NCBI GenBank assembly: GCA_942493335.1
Contig: OW818693.1
Span: forward strand, 1,566,644-1,590,643
Reading direction: 5' to 3'
DNA: 24,000 nt
DNA from: an uncultured Clostridia bacterium
Lineage (GTDB): Bacteria; Bacillota; Clostridia; DSM-8532
This document shows positions 1-9,180 of this stretch, piece by piece. The position numbers were made by a program, and so were the translations under genes. How positions within the stretch are numbered: the stretch's first letter is position 1; each line of letters starts with the position of its first letter. The notes under the pieces are model-generated. The model had not been told where the DNA came from. It searched no databases and saw nothing but the letters and a program-made list of their open reading frames with translations.

Positions 1-81
1 ACTAACCCCTTATTTGCAACACTTCAGCATACACGACCAAGAACATCGTCCTGAACCCTTTCCCATGTGTTCAGCTTTGAG

Positions 82-124
82 AAAAAAAGAGCAGAACCGC
101 CGCAGCGTATCCATGCTCTTTTTT
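82..124. terminator. Hairpin with A-tract and T-tract flanks (possible bidirectional intrinsic terminator)
   Basis: aaaaaaagagca (82-93) is complementary to tgctctttttt (114-124), about 11 bp, around a ~20-nt loop. A-run on the left and T-run on the right. The loop is large for a classical terminator. Confidence 0.4.
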
Positions 125-210
125 TACGGCTGATTTTTCCGTTGTCCGCCAACTGGCTGGGACGAACCCAGCAAATCTCTCGGATTAAGGTGTCAGCCCA
201 CCTTTTTTTC

Positions 211-324
211 TTTCTCCACTCACGGCAGGAGCTCTCAGGCTTTTTGTTATGACTCCCACTTACCGGCAGGGACTCTCCTGATATTAGAGCCTCCCCTTTG
301 TTGGCAGGGAATCGCCAGATGTTG
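211..324. repeat. Three degenerate tandem units of ~37 nt sharing CTCC-N(8-10)-GGCAGG(A/G)-N-CTC
   Basis: By eye: ctccactcacGGCAGGAgctctcagg / ctcccacttaccGGCAGGGactctcctg / cctcccctttgttGGCAGGGaatcgccag. Non-coding context between the hairpin at 82-124 and the 3' end of a minus-strand ORF. Confidence 0.3.
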
Positions 325-401
325 TATCACTTAACTCTATAGTACCATCAACCATGGCACAGAGCAATCAACAGTCATCTTCAGCGTTTGTCCATTCAGT
401 T

Positions 402-795
402 TTACAGTCCAAGACCTTCCATCATCCCATCAACCCATTCCCTCATCTCAGTTCCACGGACTTTCGAGGTGTACGGGCCTTGTGCGGATTCAGGAAGGTC
501 AGGCAGCACGGCGAAGTAAGTGCAACAACAATGGGGGTGTACTGGGAGGGAGGGCTCGATGCCTTTTTCGTAACGCTTCATATTGCGGGAGGCGCAAGTG
601 GGGCATGTTCTTGGTTCTTCTGTCGCGTAGTACTCGAGTTCCTGGATATGTGTGCTCAACTGTCCAGTTTGAGCATGTCCACCCTACCGTATAACTATCA
701 TGATTGTACATTTGTTCTGTCCCCTGAACCGATACTCCCATGCCCTCCATAATGCAGAAGAGTAGTGTAAGCGCAATAAGCGCCTTCATTATCAT
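402..795 (-). pseudogene. Possible frameshifted small secreted protein
   Basis: The signal-peptide-like start MIMKALIALTLLFCIMEGMG (frame of ORF 499..855) degenerates into an R/L/P-rich tail. The protein-like continuation (THIQELEYYATEEPRTCPTCASRNMKRYEKG..., ORF 402..659) is in another frame. Weak SD. Confidence 0.25.
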
Positions 796-984
796 TGTCA
801 CTTTTTTCTTCTTTAGTGTAAAGTGATTTATATTGCCGTCATTGAATCTATTCATTTTCCTATATGATTATTCCAAGAAAAGTAAATGCTATACCACAAC
901 ATGGTTGAACGGCATGCTATACTGGTTATGTTCAGCCTTATGTTGCTCATATGACGGTAAAATAATCCGATTGGAGTTGAACGC

Positions 985-1305
985 ATGTCATACAAAGAAC
1001 CTTACTGTATAGCAAATCTTGTTGAAAAACCCGATTGTGAATATAGTCGCATTCTTCGAGCGTTCACTCGAATCTCAATGCCGTCACAGAATAAAGTCGT
1101 TACCATAAAGGAAATTGCTGATTTTTGTTCTGATAAAAGCAAACAACTATACGTTAAGCGATTCAAACTTCGGTTTGCCGAAATGTGCCAGAGCGGTGTC
1201 CATGTCACAGAGCCTATATTTCAACTCAATGAAGATGGAATCATCAATGTCCATTTCGACCAGCAAGAAATGTACGAAAAGTATAGGAACTTGCTATCCT
1301 TTTGA
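985..1305 (+). CDS. Hypothetical protein (106 aa), possibly HTH-like
   Basis: ATG preceded by GGAG about 9 nt upstream. First gene of a same-strand cluster. The segment VVTIKEIADFCSDKSKQLYVKRF is HTH-like by eye only. Confidence 0.5.
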   Translation: MSYKEPYCIANLVEKPDCEYSRILRAFTRISMPSQNKVVTIKEIADFCSDKSKQLYVKRFKLRFAEMCQSGVHVTEPIFQLNEDGIINVHFDQQEMYEKYRNLLSF

Positions 1306-1380
1306 TAATCTTTTGTTGATTCAACATAAGTCAACACACATACTTTGAAGTACAGAAACCGGGACCCCGGAGGTAAAAAC

Positions 1381-1872
1381 ATGATTGTAAATGATTACTC
1401 CGCAGAGTTGATAGTAGCGTCAAGGTTTGCCGAGGCAGGATGGAACGTTTACTTCCCCCACCGAGATGAGGGGTTCGACTTTATTGTTTCAAAATCGGTC
1501 GAAGGAGTCGGTGAAGTAATTCGACCTGTTCAAGTGATAGGGAAATATCCCACTGACGTGAAAACTGACAAAGCAACATATGGATACATGGGGAGCTTAA
1601 GCAAAGTCCATCCCGAGATGGTTCTAGCAATGCCTTTCCTCAATCCTGTTTCGAATGCAGCTCCAATCTTCATCGCTTATCTGCCCATGACAATGGTCCG
1701 CCCGTGCTCCAAGGGGTATCGATGCCACCCGGCTACTTTCAAAAACGGTTCACCCTGCATTCGCAAGTATTACGCCAAGTTTTTCGACGACAACGGGTTG
1801 AGGGCTCTTGAAATGGAAAATTGGAAAGACAGCGGAGTTGGTCTTTGTGTTAGTAGCGATGAAGAAGAATGA
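1381..1872 (+). CDS. Hypothetical protein (163 aa), possible PD-(D/E)xK restriction-endonuclease-like fold
   Basis: I prefer ATG 1381 (GGAGG 7 nt upstream) to the TTG at 1345. The N-terminal pattern SAELIVASRFAEAGWNVYFPHRDEGFDFIVSK...PVQVIGK resembles E...D...D-x-x-x-x-K / QV-K cores of Hjc/DUF4365-type nucleases. Motif-level only. Confidence 0.55.
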   Translation: MIVNDYSAELIVASRFAEAGWNVYFPHRDEGFDFIVSKSVEGVGEVIRPVQVIGKYPTDVKTDKATYGYMGSLSKVHPEMVLAMPFLNPVSNAAPIFIAYLPMTMVRPCSKGYRCHPATFKNGSPCIRKYYAKFFDDNGLRALEMENWKDSGVGLCVSSDEEE

Positions 1873-1890
1873 TTGGTCGCAGGAGGCCGT

Positions 1891-2343
1891 ATGCCGAGGA
1901 TTCAGACCCTCATTTCCGACGCTCTCGATGTCTTCTTTGCCGAGCAAGGCGAACGTGAAAAGCGCTTACCTTTTCTTATCAACACACATTTGCAACTTCA
2001 CAACAGCGCTAGACAGACCATCGCTAAGCTAGACGATGTATTTGAAGCACTCCAGGGAGATAGTGGTGCGCTTGCAGTTAATCCAGTGGATTACTATTCG
2101 GATAGGCGAGCACTCATTATAGAAAATAATGAGCACCAGCATTTCACACCAATGCGCCAAATCGCCTTGTCATACTATACCTCTATTTCGCACATTGGGT
2201 TCAATCTTGATGAATACAAAGAAATCTGTGACATAAAGGCGAAGCCGCTTTGCTTAGAGGCCCGGCTGGATACCGAAGGCCAACAACGGAATTCAGCTTC
2301 CCGAATGGAAGAGCATCTCAAAGAGCCTATTTTGATACACTAA
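1891..2343 (+). CDS. Hypothetical protein (150 aa), weak Vsr/DUF559-like endonuclease-core resemblance
   Basis: ATG 1891 lies 4 nt after AGGAGG. I prefer it to the TTG at 1873. VDYYSDRRALIIENNEHQHF resembles the (C/P)DFY...(L)xIExDGxQH core of DUF559/Vsr-like proteins. Weak. Confidence 0.5.
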   Translation: MPRIQTLISDALDVFFAEQGEREKRLPFLINTHLQLHNSARQTIAKLDDVFEALQGDSGALAVNPVDYYSDRRALIIENNEHQHFTPMRQIALSYYTSISHIGFNLDEYKEICDIKAKPLCLEARLDTEGQQRNSASRMEEHLKEPILIH

Positions 2344-2557
2344 AGGACGTACGGCCTTTCATGAATGGGCTTCATCCAACGATTTGAATCCCTGTGCCAG
2401 CCCTACGATGCAATATCGAGGCACATGCCGAGTTGGTCAGTGAGTTGAGAGAACGGATAGCACCTATTCTTGAGTAGGAGCAATTTCATAGGTAGTCGCC
2501 GATATTGATACATATCTCGAAAACAGTAACGATATCAGATAATGAGGAGGAGTAACA

Positions 2558-3337
2558 GTGCGGTTAAGCGACGTACTATCAAAACTACCTGTACTCGAAT
2601 ATAAGCAAGTTGAAGGATTCCTTGGTGTTAAGGAACTTATTAAGGGTAAACAACGAAAAATTCAAATTGGGAAAATAGCGTTAAACTATTATTGTAAAAA
2701 CTGCAATGACATCCGAACATTCTATTCTAATGATGACCTTTACTGTATCAGAGTGAATGAGCACCTTATCAGTATTGATAGTGTAATTTTCTGTCATTGT
2801 GAAGCATCAGTTCAAATATGGTTTTTAGTTGATTGTGATAGCGATATTTCTACATACGCCCCAAGTGTTCGCATAATAAATCGGACTGAAAAACTGTCAA
2901 ACAAGGTGATGCTTAACAAAGAAGAGTACGGAGTTTATTCTGAACTCCTAGAAAAGTCGCAAAGAGCATACCGCGACAGACTCGGTGCTGGCTCAATGGT
3001 ATATTTACGTAAGGTATATGAACAAATCACGGTGAATGTCGCAAATGTAGAAAATATACCTATAGTTAATGATAAAGGTAAGCCAAAACCCTTCAGACTA
3101 TTACTAGAAGAAGTTGATAAAAAAAGTAGCATTATCCCAAGAGAATTCGCTGAGAATGGATATCAATTGTTCCGCGAGCTAAGCGACGTGGTTCATGGTG
3201 AATATGACGAAGGCCTTGGTTTGATTAAGTATGAGCCCCTATATAAACTCATTATCGGGATACTTGATAACGTGAGAAAAAGTGAAGAATTACGTATTGC
3301 TATCAAGACTCTTGGTTGGACAAATAAGTCAGAATAA
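2558..3337 (+). CDS. Hypothetical protein (259 aa): N-terminal Cys cluster plus C-terminal DUF4145-like region
   Basis: GTG start 7 nt after AGGAGG. CKNCN...C...CHC is a possible zinc ribbon. The C-terminal half (RAYRDRLGAGSMVYLRKVYEQIT ... LLLEEVDKKSSIIPREF ... LFRELSDVVHGEYDE) follows the DUF4145 pattern as I recall it. Confidence 0.6.
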   Translation: MRLSDVLSKLPVLEYKQVEGFLGVKELIKGKQRKIQIGKIALNYYCKNCNDIRTFYSNDDLYCIRVNEHLISIDSVIFCHCEASVQIWFLVDCDSDISTYAPSVRIINRTEKLSNKVMLNKEEYGVYSELLEKSQRAYRDRLGAGSMVYLRKVYEQITVNVANVENIPIVNDKGKPKPFRLLLEEVDKKSSIIPREFAENGYQLFRELSDVVHGEYDEGLGLIKYEPLYKLIIGILDNVRKSEELRIAIKTLGWTNKSE

Positions 3338-3400
3338 CATGCCTGTAAAAAGGAAATACTTGTTCAGTGGCTTGGAAAGACATAGATAGGGAGATTTCTA

Positions 3401-3416
3401 GACAACGCCTGTTGTC
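3401..3416. terminator. Short hairpin between convergent genes
   Basis: gacaac-gcct-gttgtc (6-bp stem) followed by ctcgattttct. Lies between the + gene ending at 3337 and the - gene ending at 3468. Weak. Confidence 0.3.
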
Positions 3417-3467
3417 CTCGATTTTCTATACGATAATGTGCTGATGCTTTGACGAAAACTATACACT

Positions 3468-4112
3468 TTATGACCGAAGTCCATTGATTTTTTTTACAAG
3501 TTCATCTCTCCTGCGCCATTTTATAGAAAGCACATCGCAAGCTACTTCCCAGTCAGGCACATCAATGTCTTTTATTACGCTTTTCACATATGTGTGATAT
3601 GCGGCTCTGTTAAAATCCTCAATGCTCCCTTTATGGCCAACAATATCCAAAAGCTCGCTCGCTTTGATAATACCTTCAGTCAGCTTGACATTGCAGCGCC
3701 GTACATTTATGTTCAGTATCCTGTGAATCCCTCTGGGAACAACCGTGCTGATAACCTCGGCATACTTACTAATCTGCGTCGTTATGTGCTTTCGGTTATA
3801 TAGGCGATACCCAATCAACACGCCGCGATTGGCACAGGTCAAGAATGGAATCACTTCTCGCTCAGAAATGCCAAGAAGCCCAAAACGTGTCATTACCGTT
3901 CTGCAGTAAACTCCCCGTCCTATTCGCATCATCTCTCCACGGTTTATCAGCTGACTAATGGCTCGGTGGATTTGCGATGACGAACAGCCGGAATGATAAC
4001 TCTTCAAATGAGCAAGGAAAATTGGCTCTTGATACGGCAACTCAAGGAGTCTGTCGACTAGGATGATGTTTGCCAATCGTTGTTCCTCCATAAAACAAAC
4101 ATGCTCACCCAT
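3468..4112 (-). CDS. AbiEi / DUF6088-like winged-helix protein (type IV TA antitoxin-like)
   Basis: SSSQIHRAISQLINRGEMMRIGRGVYCRTVMTRFGLLGISEREVIPFL...GYRLYNRKHITTQI matches the AbiEi/DUF6088 signature (L.rL...G.l.ri.rGvY ... fG ... lgLttQ) by eye. Starts 11 nt after the JAB gene stop. An alternative start is ATG 4091. Confidence 0.65.
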   Translation of the reverse strand: MGEHVCFMEEQRLANIILVDRLLELPYQEPIFLAHLKSYHSGCSSSQIHRAISQLINRGEMMRIGRGVYCRTVMTRFGLLGISEREVIPFLTCANRGVLIGYRLYNRKHITTQISKYAEVISTVVPRGIHRILNINVRRCNVKLTEGIIKASELLDIVGHKGSIEDFNRAAYHTYVKSVIKDIDVPDWEVACDVLSIKWRRRDELVKKINGLRS

Positions 4113-4123
4113 ATGGTTAGCAA

Positions 4124-4846
4124 CTATATTTCACCAGGAATATGCTTGATTCTGCCTTTTTCGCGGACAGGCTTCCCAAATCGTGAGTATTCTTCAGCAA
4201 CTGCAAAAGCAGAAGGACAATCAAGAAAAACGCGTTCATCATCATGAGCGGAAATCCGCAGATTACCTTTATCATCCTTTTTCGCGACGTATGCAGAAAT
4301 CCATATCCTATACCGGTTCAGAGTAAACACAATAGCGCTATTCCGAATTGCTTCCGCAGGTTTCGTACCTCTTCTCTTCAGCTCACATATAGTAACAGCT
4401 ATGCCAACTCGGTACTTGTGTTCAATCCAGTAGTCAGAATTGCCTTCAATGTGAAGATAATCTTCCTCAGAGAAATCATAACCCTCAATCGATTCAACCT
4501 CATGGATATCCTTATATGGATGGGTGTGAAAGTCGCCCAAACACTCGTACTGCGGCCAAAATGACGTAAGGATGTCCCGTTTTAGGCTAATCGACTCTTC
4601 CTTTGGATAACATGAGCCTGTATTCCTAACAGTTGAAGTATCGACGGTTACCATGTCCACACTGTACAGAACGTCATTTCTGGGAAGGTGAACTTCATGG
4701 CCGAGAAGGAGCCCGTATGTCTCAAGCTCATTTGCCTTCTTCAGATTTCTTCCGTGTGGAACACAATATGCCTCAAGGCCACTTAAGCACAATTGAATCA
4801 ATGCATTCTCTGATATTCTGATGTAATAGTTAGGCTCATTTCGCAT
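4124..4846 (-). CDS. JAB/MPN (JAMM) metalloprotease-domain protein, 240 aa
   Basis: ELETYGLLLG (upstream Glu) plus FHTHPY...FSEEDY gives an HxH ... S-x-x-D JAMM motif. The spacer is longer than canonical (16 rather than 7 residues). Lies 53 nt downstream of hsdR on the same strand. Confidence 0.8.
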   Translation of the reverse strand: MRNEPNYYIRISENALIQLCLSGLEAYCVPHGRNLKKANELETYGLLLGHEVHLPRNDVLYSVDMVTVDTSTVRNTGSCYPKEESISLKRDILTSFWPQYECLGDFHTHPYKDIHEVESIEGYDFSEEDYLHIEGNSDYWIEHKYRVGIAVTICELKRRGTKPAEAIRNSAIVFTLNRYRIWISAYVAKKDDKGNLRISAHDDERVFLDCPSAFAVAEEYSRFGKPVREKGRIKHIPGEI

Positions 4847-4899
4847 ATGCTACCCCGTCAAAACCCATTGAAGGTATACGTCTATCCATAACAATCTCT

Positions 4900-7800
4900 T
4901 CACCCAATACCGAAGAACTTCTCGAAAAAGCGCTCAAGGATAGACGCAATCTTGTCCTTGATTGATTTACGCTTCCCGCCAAACCGTGAGACTGGAGGCA
5001 TGATTGCATCAAACTCCATGCCCGTCACCTTCAATACGCCATCCTTCATGGCATTGTCGATATAACGGCGGGTCTCTTCCGGCTTCAGGTTTTCTGCCGT
5101 GATGATTTCGACAAGTTCCTTCTCCTTTTTTTCCGCAACATGCTGTTTCCAACTGCCCCGAACATCTCCGACGGAGTTCACCGTCGCGATAAACGATTCG
5201 ATGAGGTCTTTCTTACTGCGGAGTTGGATGCTTGAATCAATGGCTCGGTCGATGGCAGCCAAGGCTTCCTTATCCTTGCAGTTCGATTTGTGGTATTTCT
5301 CAATCAACGCAAGGATGTAATCGATATTTATTTCAATTTGCCGAATCAACTCGATTTCAAACTCGATGTCATCGTTAATGTTTTCTTTTCCCTCGCCCCT
5401 ATCCCTGACAAAGTTCTGATAAATGTCAATGTAGCGGCTTTGATAATCCTGTAGGTCACGTTCCGTCAAAAGCTCGTTTCCAATGAATTCATCAAAAGTG
5501 GCAAGGATGTTGCGCATCTTCAGGATGGACCCGAACAGCTTAACGAAATCCTTCTGGTTTTGCTCGCCAATCAAGGTCGAAGTCAGCGGAAATCTGCCCA
5601 GCAATGTGTTTACGAGGGTTTCATACCCCTCATGATAAACACCCTTTTCGTCAAAGCCTTTGTAGTACGCTTCGTATGGCTTCAAAAGAATAATGCCCCC
5701 TGCGTCCTTGTCTCCAAAAAGCGACAGTGCCTCATCCGTTTCGTCTTGGAGATTCCTGAAACAAATAATGTTCCCGTAGGTTTTTACGGAGTTCAAAATC
5801 CGGTTTGTTCGGGAAAAGGCTTGCAACAGTCCATGATGTTTCAGGTTTTTGTCGACCCAAAGTGTGTTGAGCGTTGTTGCATCAAAGCCTGTGAGAAAAA
5901 TGTTGACGACAATAACCATGTCGACTTCCCGGGACTTGATACGCATGGACAGGTCTTTGTAGTAGTTCTCAAATCGGTCTGCGTCTGTACAAAAATTTGT
6001 GTTGAAGATTGTGTTGTAGTCCCTAATTGCCGCTTCAAGAAAATCACGCGAAGTCTTGTCGAGCGCATCCGTATCGAATTCCTCATCCGGGAGGGAATCG
6101 TTCGGGTCCTCCTCATTTTGCGCAAAGCTGAAAATTGTTGCAATGGTTAGTTGTTGGCCCGATTCCGCAAGCTGCTTTTTGAACTCAGCATAGTACATTT
6201 TGGCCATCTTGATAGAGCTGACCGCAAAGATAGAGTTGAACCCCATGACGCGCTTGCCCTTAAGCGAATACGCGCTGTTTCGTCGCGTTTTCTGGTCAAA
6301 ATGCTCAAGGATATACTTGGACACCTCTCGAACTCTCACAGGCGATTCCATGGCATGTTCCCTGTCAATGGCGTGGACCTGTTTGTCCTTGATTCCCGCC
6401 TTTTCCTTGATGGTGTTCGTGTAGTCGACCTTGAATGGTAAAACGTTCTGGTCGTTTATGGCATCAATAATGGTGTAGGAGTGGAGCTTGGCACCAAATA
6501 GAGATTCCGTTGTTTTGATGACTGAATCCTTGCGTACAGCGTTTTTGGCGTAAATGGGCGTCCCGGTAAACCCAAACAGATAGTAGTTCTTGAATGCATC
6601 GGTAATTTGCTTGTGCATGTCACCAAACTGGGAACGATGGCATTCATCAAAGATGATGACCACCTGCTTGTTAAAGACAGCATGCCCCTTGTTCCGCCTG
6701 ATGAACATATCCATCTTTTGAATGGTCGTGATGATAATGTGGGCGTCGGGGTTGGCCAGCTGCTTCTGAAGCACCTTGGTTGAGGTGTTGCCGTTTGCTG
6801 CCCCCTTCTCAAATTTGTCATACTCTTTCATCGTCTGATAGTCCAAATCTTTCCTATCGACGACAAACAGGACTTTGTCGATGAATGGCAGCCCTGCGGC
6901 CAACTGAGCAGTTTTGTAGGATGTCAGTGTTTTCCCACTACCCGTAGAGTGGGAGCAATACCCACCTGCGTCAATGGTGCCTGCCTTCTTGTAGTTGTGG
7001 GAGATGTTGATTTTATTGATAATCTTCTCTGTCGCCGCTATCTGATAGGGCCGGAGCACAAGCAACAGGTTCTCGACGGTAAACACGCAATACCTTGTCA
7101 GGATGTTCAACAAGGTATGCCTAGAGAAGAATGTCTTTGTGAAATCAACAAGGTCGTCAATTCGACGATTCTTCTCATCTGCCCAGAACGAGGTGAATTC
7201 ATAACTGTTACTGGTCTTCTTGCTTTTCTCCTTTGATGCCGTGGCAAGCTCCCTCACGTGGCTATCGCGGGTTGTGTTGGAATAGTATTTTGTCGACGTT
7301 CCATTGGAGATGACAAACAACTGAACATACTCATACAGACCGTTTGAGGCCCAGAAACTGTCGCGCTGGTATCGGTTGATTTGATTGAACGCTTCCCGGA
7401 GCGCGATTCCTCTCCGCTTCAACTCAAAATGGACAAGAGGCAGTCCATTGACCAAAATTGTAACATCATATCTGGTATTGTGGGCCCCTTCACTTTCCTG
7501 GTACTGGTTGAGAACCTGCAACTGGTTGTTATGGACCATTTTCTTGTCGATGAGCATAATGTTCTTACTCGTGCCATCATCTCGCTTGAGAAGTTGAATG
7601 TGGTCGACCTGAATCTTGCGGGTCTTCTCAACAATCCCCTCCGTCGAGTTCGAGATGCATTCCTTGTAGAAGCGGGTCCACTCATCGTCAGAAAATGTAA
7701 AATCATTCAGCAACTCAAGCTGCTTTCTCAGATTCGTAATCATCTCTTGCGAGTTGTGAATCGTCGCATACTCATATCCCTGTGACACGAGCTGTTTGAT

Positions 7801-7917
7801 AAACTCGCGTTCAAGGTCTGCCTCGCTTTGATAGGACGTTTGACGAGTCTGGGATGGCTCATATTCCGTTACTACTGTTTTCTCGTCAGTCGAGGCGACC
7901 ACATGATAAACTTTCAT
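4900..7917 (-). CDS. hsdR: Type I restriction enzyme R subunit (helicase/endonuclease), 1005 aa
   Basis: SF2 helicase motifs: STGSGKTLTS (Walker A), FDECHRS (DEAH-type motif II), FTGTP. Size and position immediately after hsdS fit. AAGGAG RBS. Confidence 0.95.
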   Translation of the reverse strand: MKVYHVVASTDEKTVVTEYEPSQTRQTSYQSEADLEREFIKQLVSQGYEYATIHNSQEMITNLRKQLELLNDFTFSDDEWTRFYKECISNSTEGIVEKTRKIQVDHIQLLKRDDGTSKNIMLIDKKMVHNNQLQVLNQYQESEGAHNTRYDVTILVNGLPLVHFELKRRGIALREAFNQINRYQRDSFWASNGLYEYVQLFVISNGTSTKYYSNTTRDSHVRELATASKEKSKKTSNSYEFTSFWADEKNRRIDDLVDFTKTFFSRHTLLNILTRYCVFTVENLLLVLRPYQIAATEKIINKINISHNYKKAGTIDAGGYCSHSTGSGKTLTSYKTAQLAAGLPFIDKVLFVVDRKDLDYQTMKEYDKFEKGAANGNTSTKVLQKQLANPDAHIIITTIQKMDMFIRRNKGHAVFNKQVVIIFDECHRSQFGDMHKQITDAFKNYYLFGFTGTPIYAKNAVRKDSVIKTTESLFGAKLHSYTIIDAINDQNVLPFKVDYTNTIKEKAGIKDKQVHAIDREHAMESPVRVREVSKYILEHFDQKTRRNSAYSLKGKRVMGFNSIFAVSSIKMAKMYYAEFKKQLAESGQQLTIATIFSFAQNEEDPNDSLPDEEFDTDALDKTSRDFLEAAIRDYNTIFNTNFCTDADRFENYYKDLSMRIKSREVDMVIVVNIFLTGFDATTLNTLWVDKNLKHHGLLQAFSRTNRILNSVKTYGNIICFRNLQDETDEALSLFGDKDAGGIILLKPYEAYYKGFDEKGVYHEGYETLVNTLLGRFPLTSTLIGEQNQKDFVKLFGSILKMRNILATFDEFIGNELLTERDLQDYQSRYIDIYQNFVRDRGEGKENINDDIEFEIELIRQIEINIDYILALIEKYHKSNCKDKEALAAIDRAIDSSIQLRSKKDLIESFIATVNSVGDVRGSWKQHVAEKKEKELVEIITAENLKPEETRRYIDNAMKDGVLKVTGMEFDAIMPPVSRFGGKRKSIKDKIASILERFFEKFFGIG

Positions 7918-7929
7918 TCGTACTCCTTC

Positions 7930-9180
7930 TCACATCGCCTTTTCAAAGGAAAGCAGTTTGTCTCTGTAGTATTCGTACTGCTGCTGCCGTGCTTCTATTT
8001 CGGCGGGCAGACCCGTCGTCAAATCATTGCAGAGCAAATCAAATTGGTCGAGGATGCGGACTATTTCTTCCTGAATGGGGAGAGGGGGAACGAGAACAGG
8101 TACGCGAGCTATAGAATTACTCATTAACTTTGGGTTGCCCATCCCGGGACTAACATAGTCCTTAACAATTGACTGGAGCCAATAGAACAGAAAACGGGTA
8201 CATAATTCTGTAGGGATAGACACGCTTAAGAGGCCACATACATTTGTAATGCTGAATTTCTCGTTCGAATGGAAGAATACAGACCCTGCATTTGCGCCAT
8301 CAGTCGTCCATGTGATAGATTCAAAGTCATAATCATAATTGTCAATGTATCCGAATATTCCGTTGTTCAATGTCTGCGATGAGTACACTGGATAAACTCC
8401 AGCATTAGCTCGAAGATAGTCTTTTGACATAACGCGCCCACGAGTTATCATACACATCTCGTCAAGATTTTTATACTCCACCCCATCCGGGCATAACTCA
8501 TCAATCAGTTTCCGAATCGTCCCAGTCTTCCTCTGCAGACCTTCTTCCGAAAAATCAAGCATCTTATTTTGATAATACTCATACTGCTGCTTGCGAGCCG
8601 TCCGCTCCGCGTTTAGCTCCGCCTTCAATTCCGTTGTCAACTCCGTGAATGTGTCGAGGATGCGGACAATTTCTTCCTGAATGGAGAGAGGGGGGATGGG
8701 GATTTCAATTGCCTTTATTGCTGGTACACTTGAATGAACGACTTTGCTCTTCACTTTACCAGCACTCTTATGTTTTTGTGCATCTGCTGTCGACAGGACA
8801 TACGAAAGATACTTAGGGTTCTGATTATGCTTCAGTACAACCATGTCGCCGCCAGCCAAACACTTTTCATGGCCAACGTACGCTGTTGACTTAGCGATAT
8901 CCGCCACGTTTTCTCCCGTTATAGCAAATAAAATGTCACCGTGCTCGAAATATTTCGGATTTTGAATGGCGGCTTCTTCAGTGTGTGAAACACACTCATC
9001 AAACCATATCCCATATGTTGTATAAATTTCCCCATACCGGACACAGGAAATCCCATATGGGACTACCTGGTCTCGCGTGATTCCCGAACCCCGATAAACA
9101 TCGGTAGCGATTTCTCCAATAGCTTTTATCTCTACCCCATCGGGGCACAGCTCCGCAATCAGTTCTTCAATCCTGCTCAT
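7930..9180 (-). CDS. hsdS: Type I restriction enzyme specificity subunit, two TRDs
   Basis: Two-fold internal architecture. Each half begins (I/L)xELCPDGVE(I/Y)K and ends with the conserved spacer (L/P)(S/P)IQEEIVRILD...QQYEYY. ATGA overlap with the hsdM stop (9177-9180). Confidence 0.95.
   Translation of the reverse strand: MSRIEELIAELCPDGVEIKAIGEIATDVYRGSGITRDQVVPYGISCVRYGEIYTTYGIWFDECVSHTEEAAIQNPKYFEHGDILFAITGENVADIAKSTAYVGHEKCLAGGDMVVLKHNQNPKYLSYVLSTADAQKHKSAGKVKSKVVHSSVPAIKAIEIPIPPLSIQEEIVRILDTFTELTTELKAELNAERTARKQQYEYYQNKMLDFSEEGLQRKTGTIRKLIDELCPDGVEYKNLDEMCMITRGRVMSKDYLRANAGVYPVYSSQTLNNGIFGYIDNYDYDFESITWTTDGANAGSVFFHSNEKFSITNVCGLLSVSIPTELCTRFLFYWLQSIVKDYVSPGMGNPKLMSNSIARVPVLVPPLPIQEEIVRILDQFDLLCNDLTTGLPAEIEARQQQYEYYRDKLLSFEKAM

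Noticed and set aside
1-54. Possible 3' end of a plus-strand gene (frame 1 stops at TGA 52-54, with the terminator 30 nt downstream)
   Set aside because: Only 17 codons are visible and the peptide (TNPLFATLQHTRPRTSS) is uninformative, so it cannot be supported.
67-752. Plus-strand ORFs 67..252, 354..752 and 482..694
   Set aside because: 67..252 spans the terminator hairpin and the tandem repeats. The others are antisense to a more protein-like (though broken) minus-strand reading, and none has an SD.
5099-7785. Multiple ORFs of 60-196 aa antisense to or overlapping hsdR (for example 5560..6150 +, 7381..7785 +)
   Set aside because: They lie entirely within a 1005-codon gene that has clear helicase motifs. 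They are typical shadow ORFs with no SD sites.
8048-8695. About 41-nt direct repeat inside hsdS (8048-8088 and 8654-8695), a possible phase-variable or shufflon specificity system
   Set aside because: This is the normal conserved central and C-terminal spacer of a two-TRD HsdS. The window contains no extra silent hsdS fragments, inverted repeats or recombinase.
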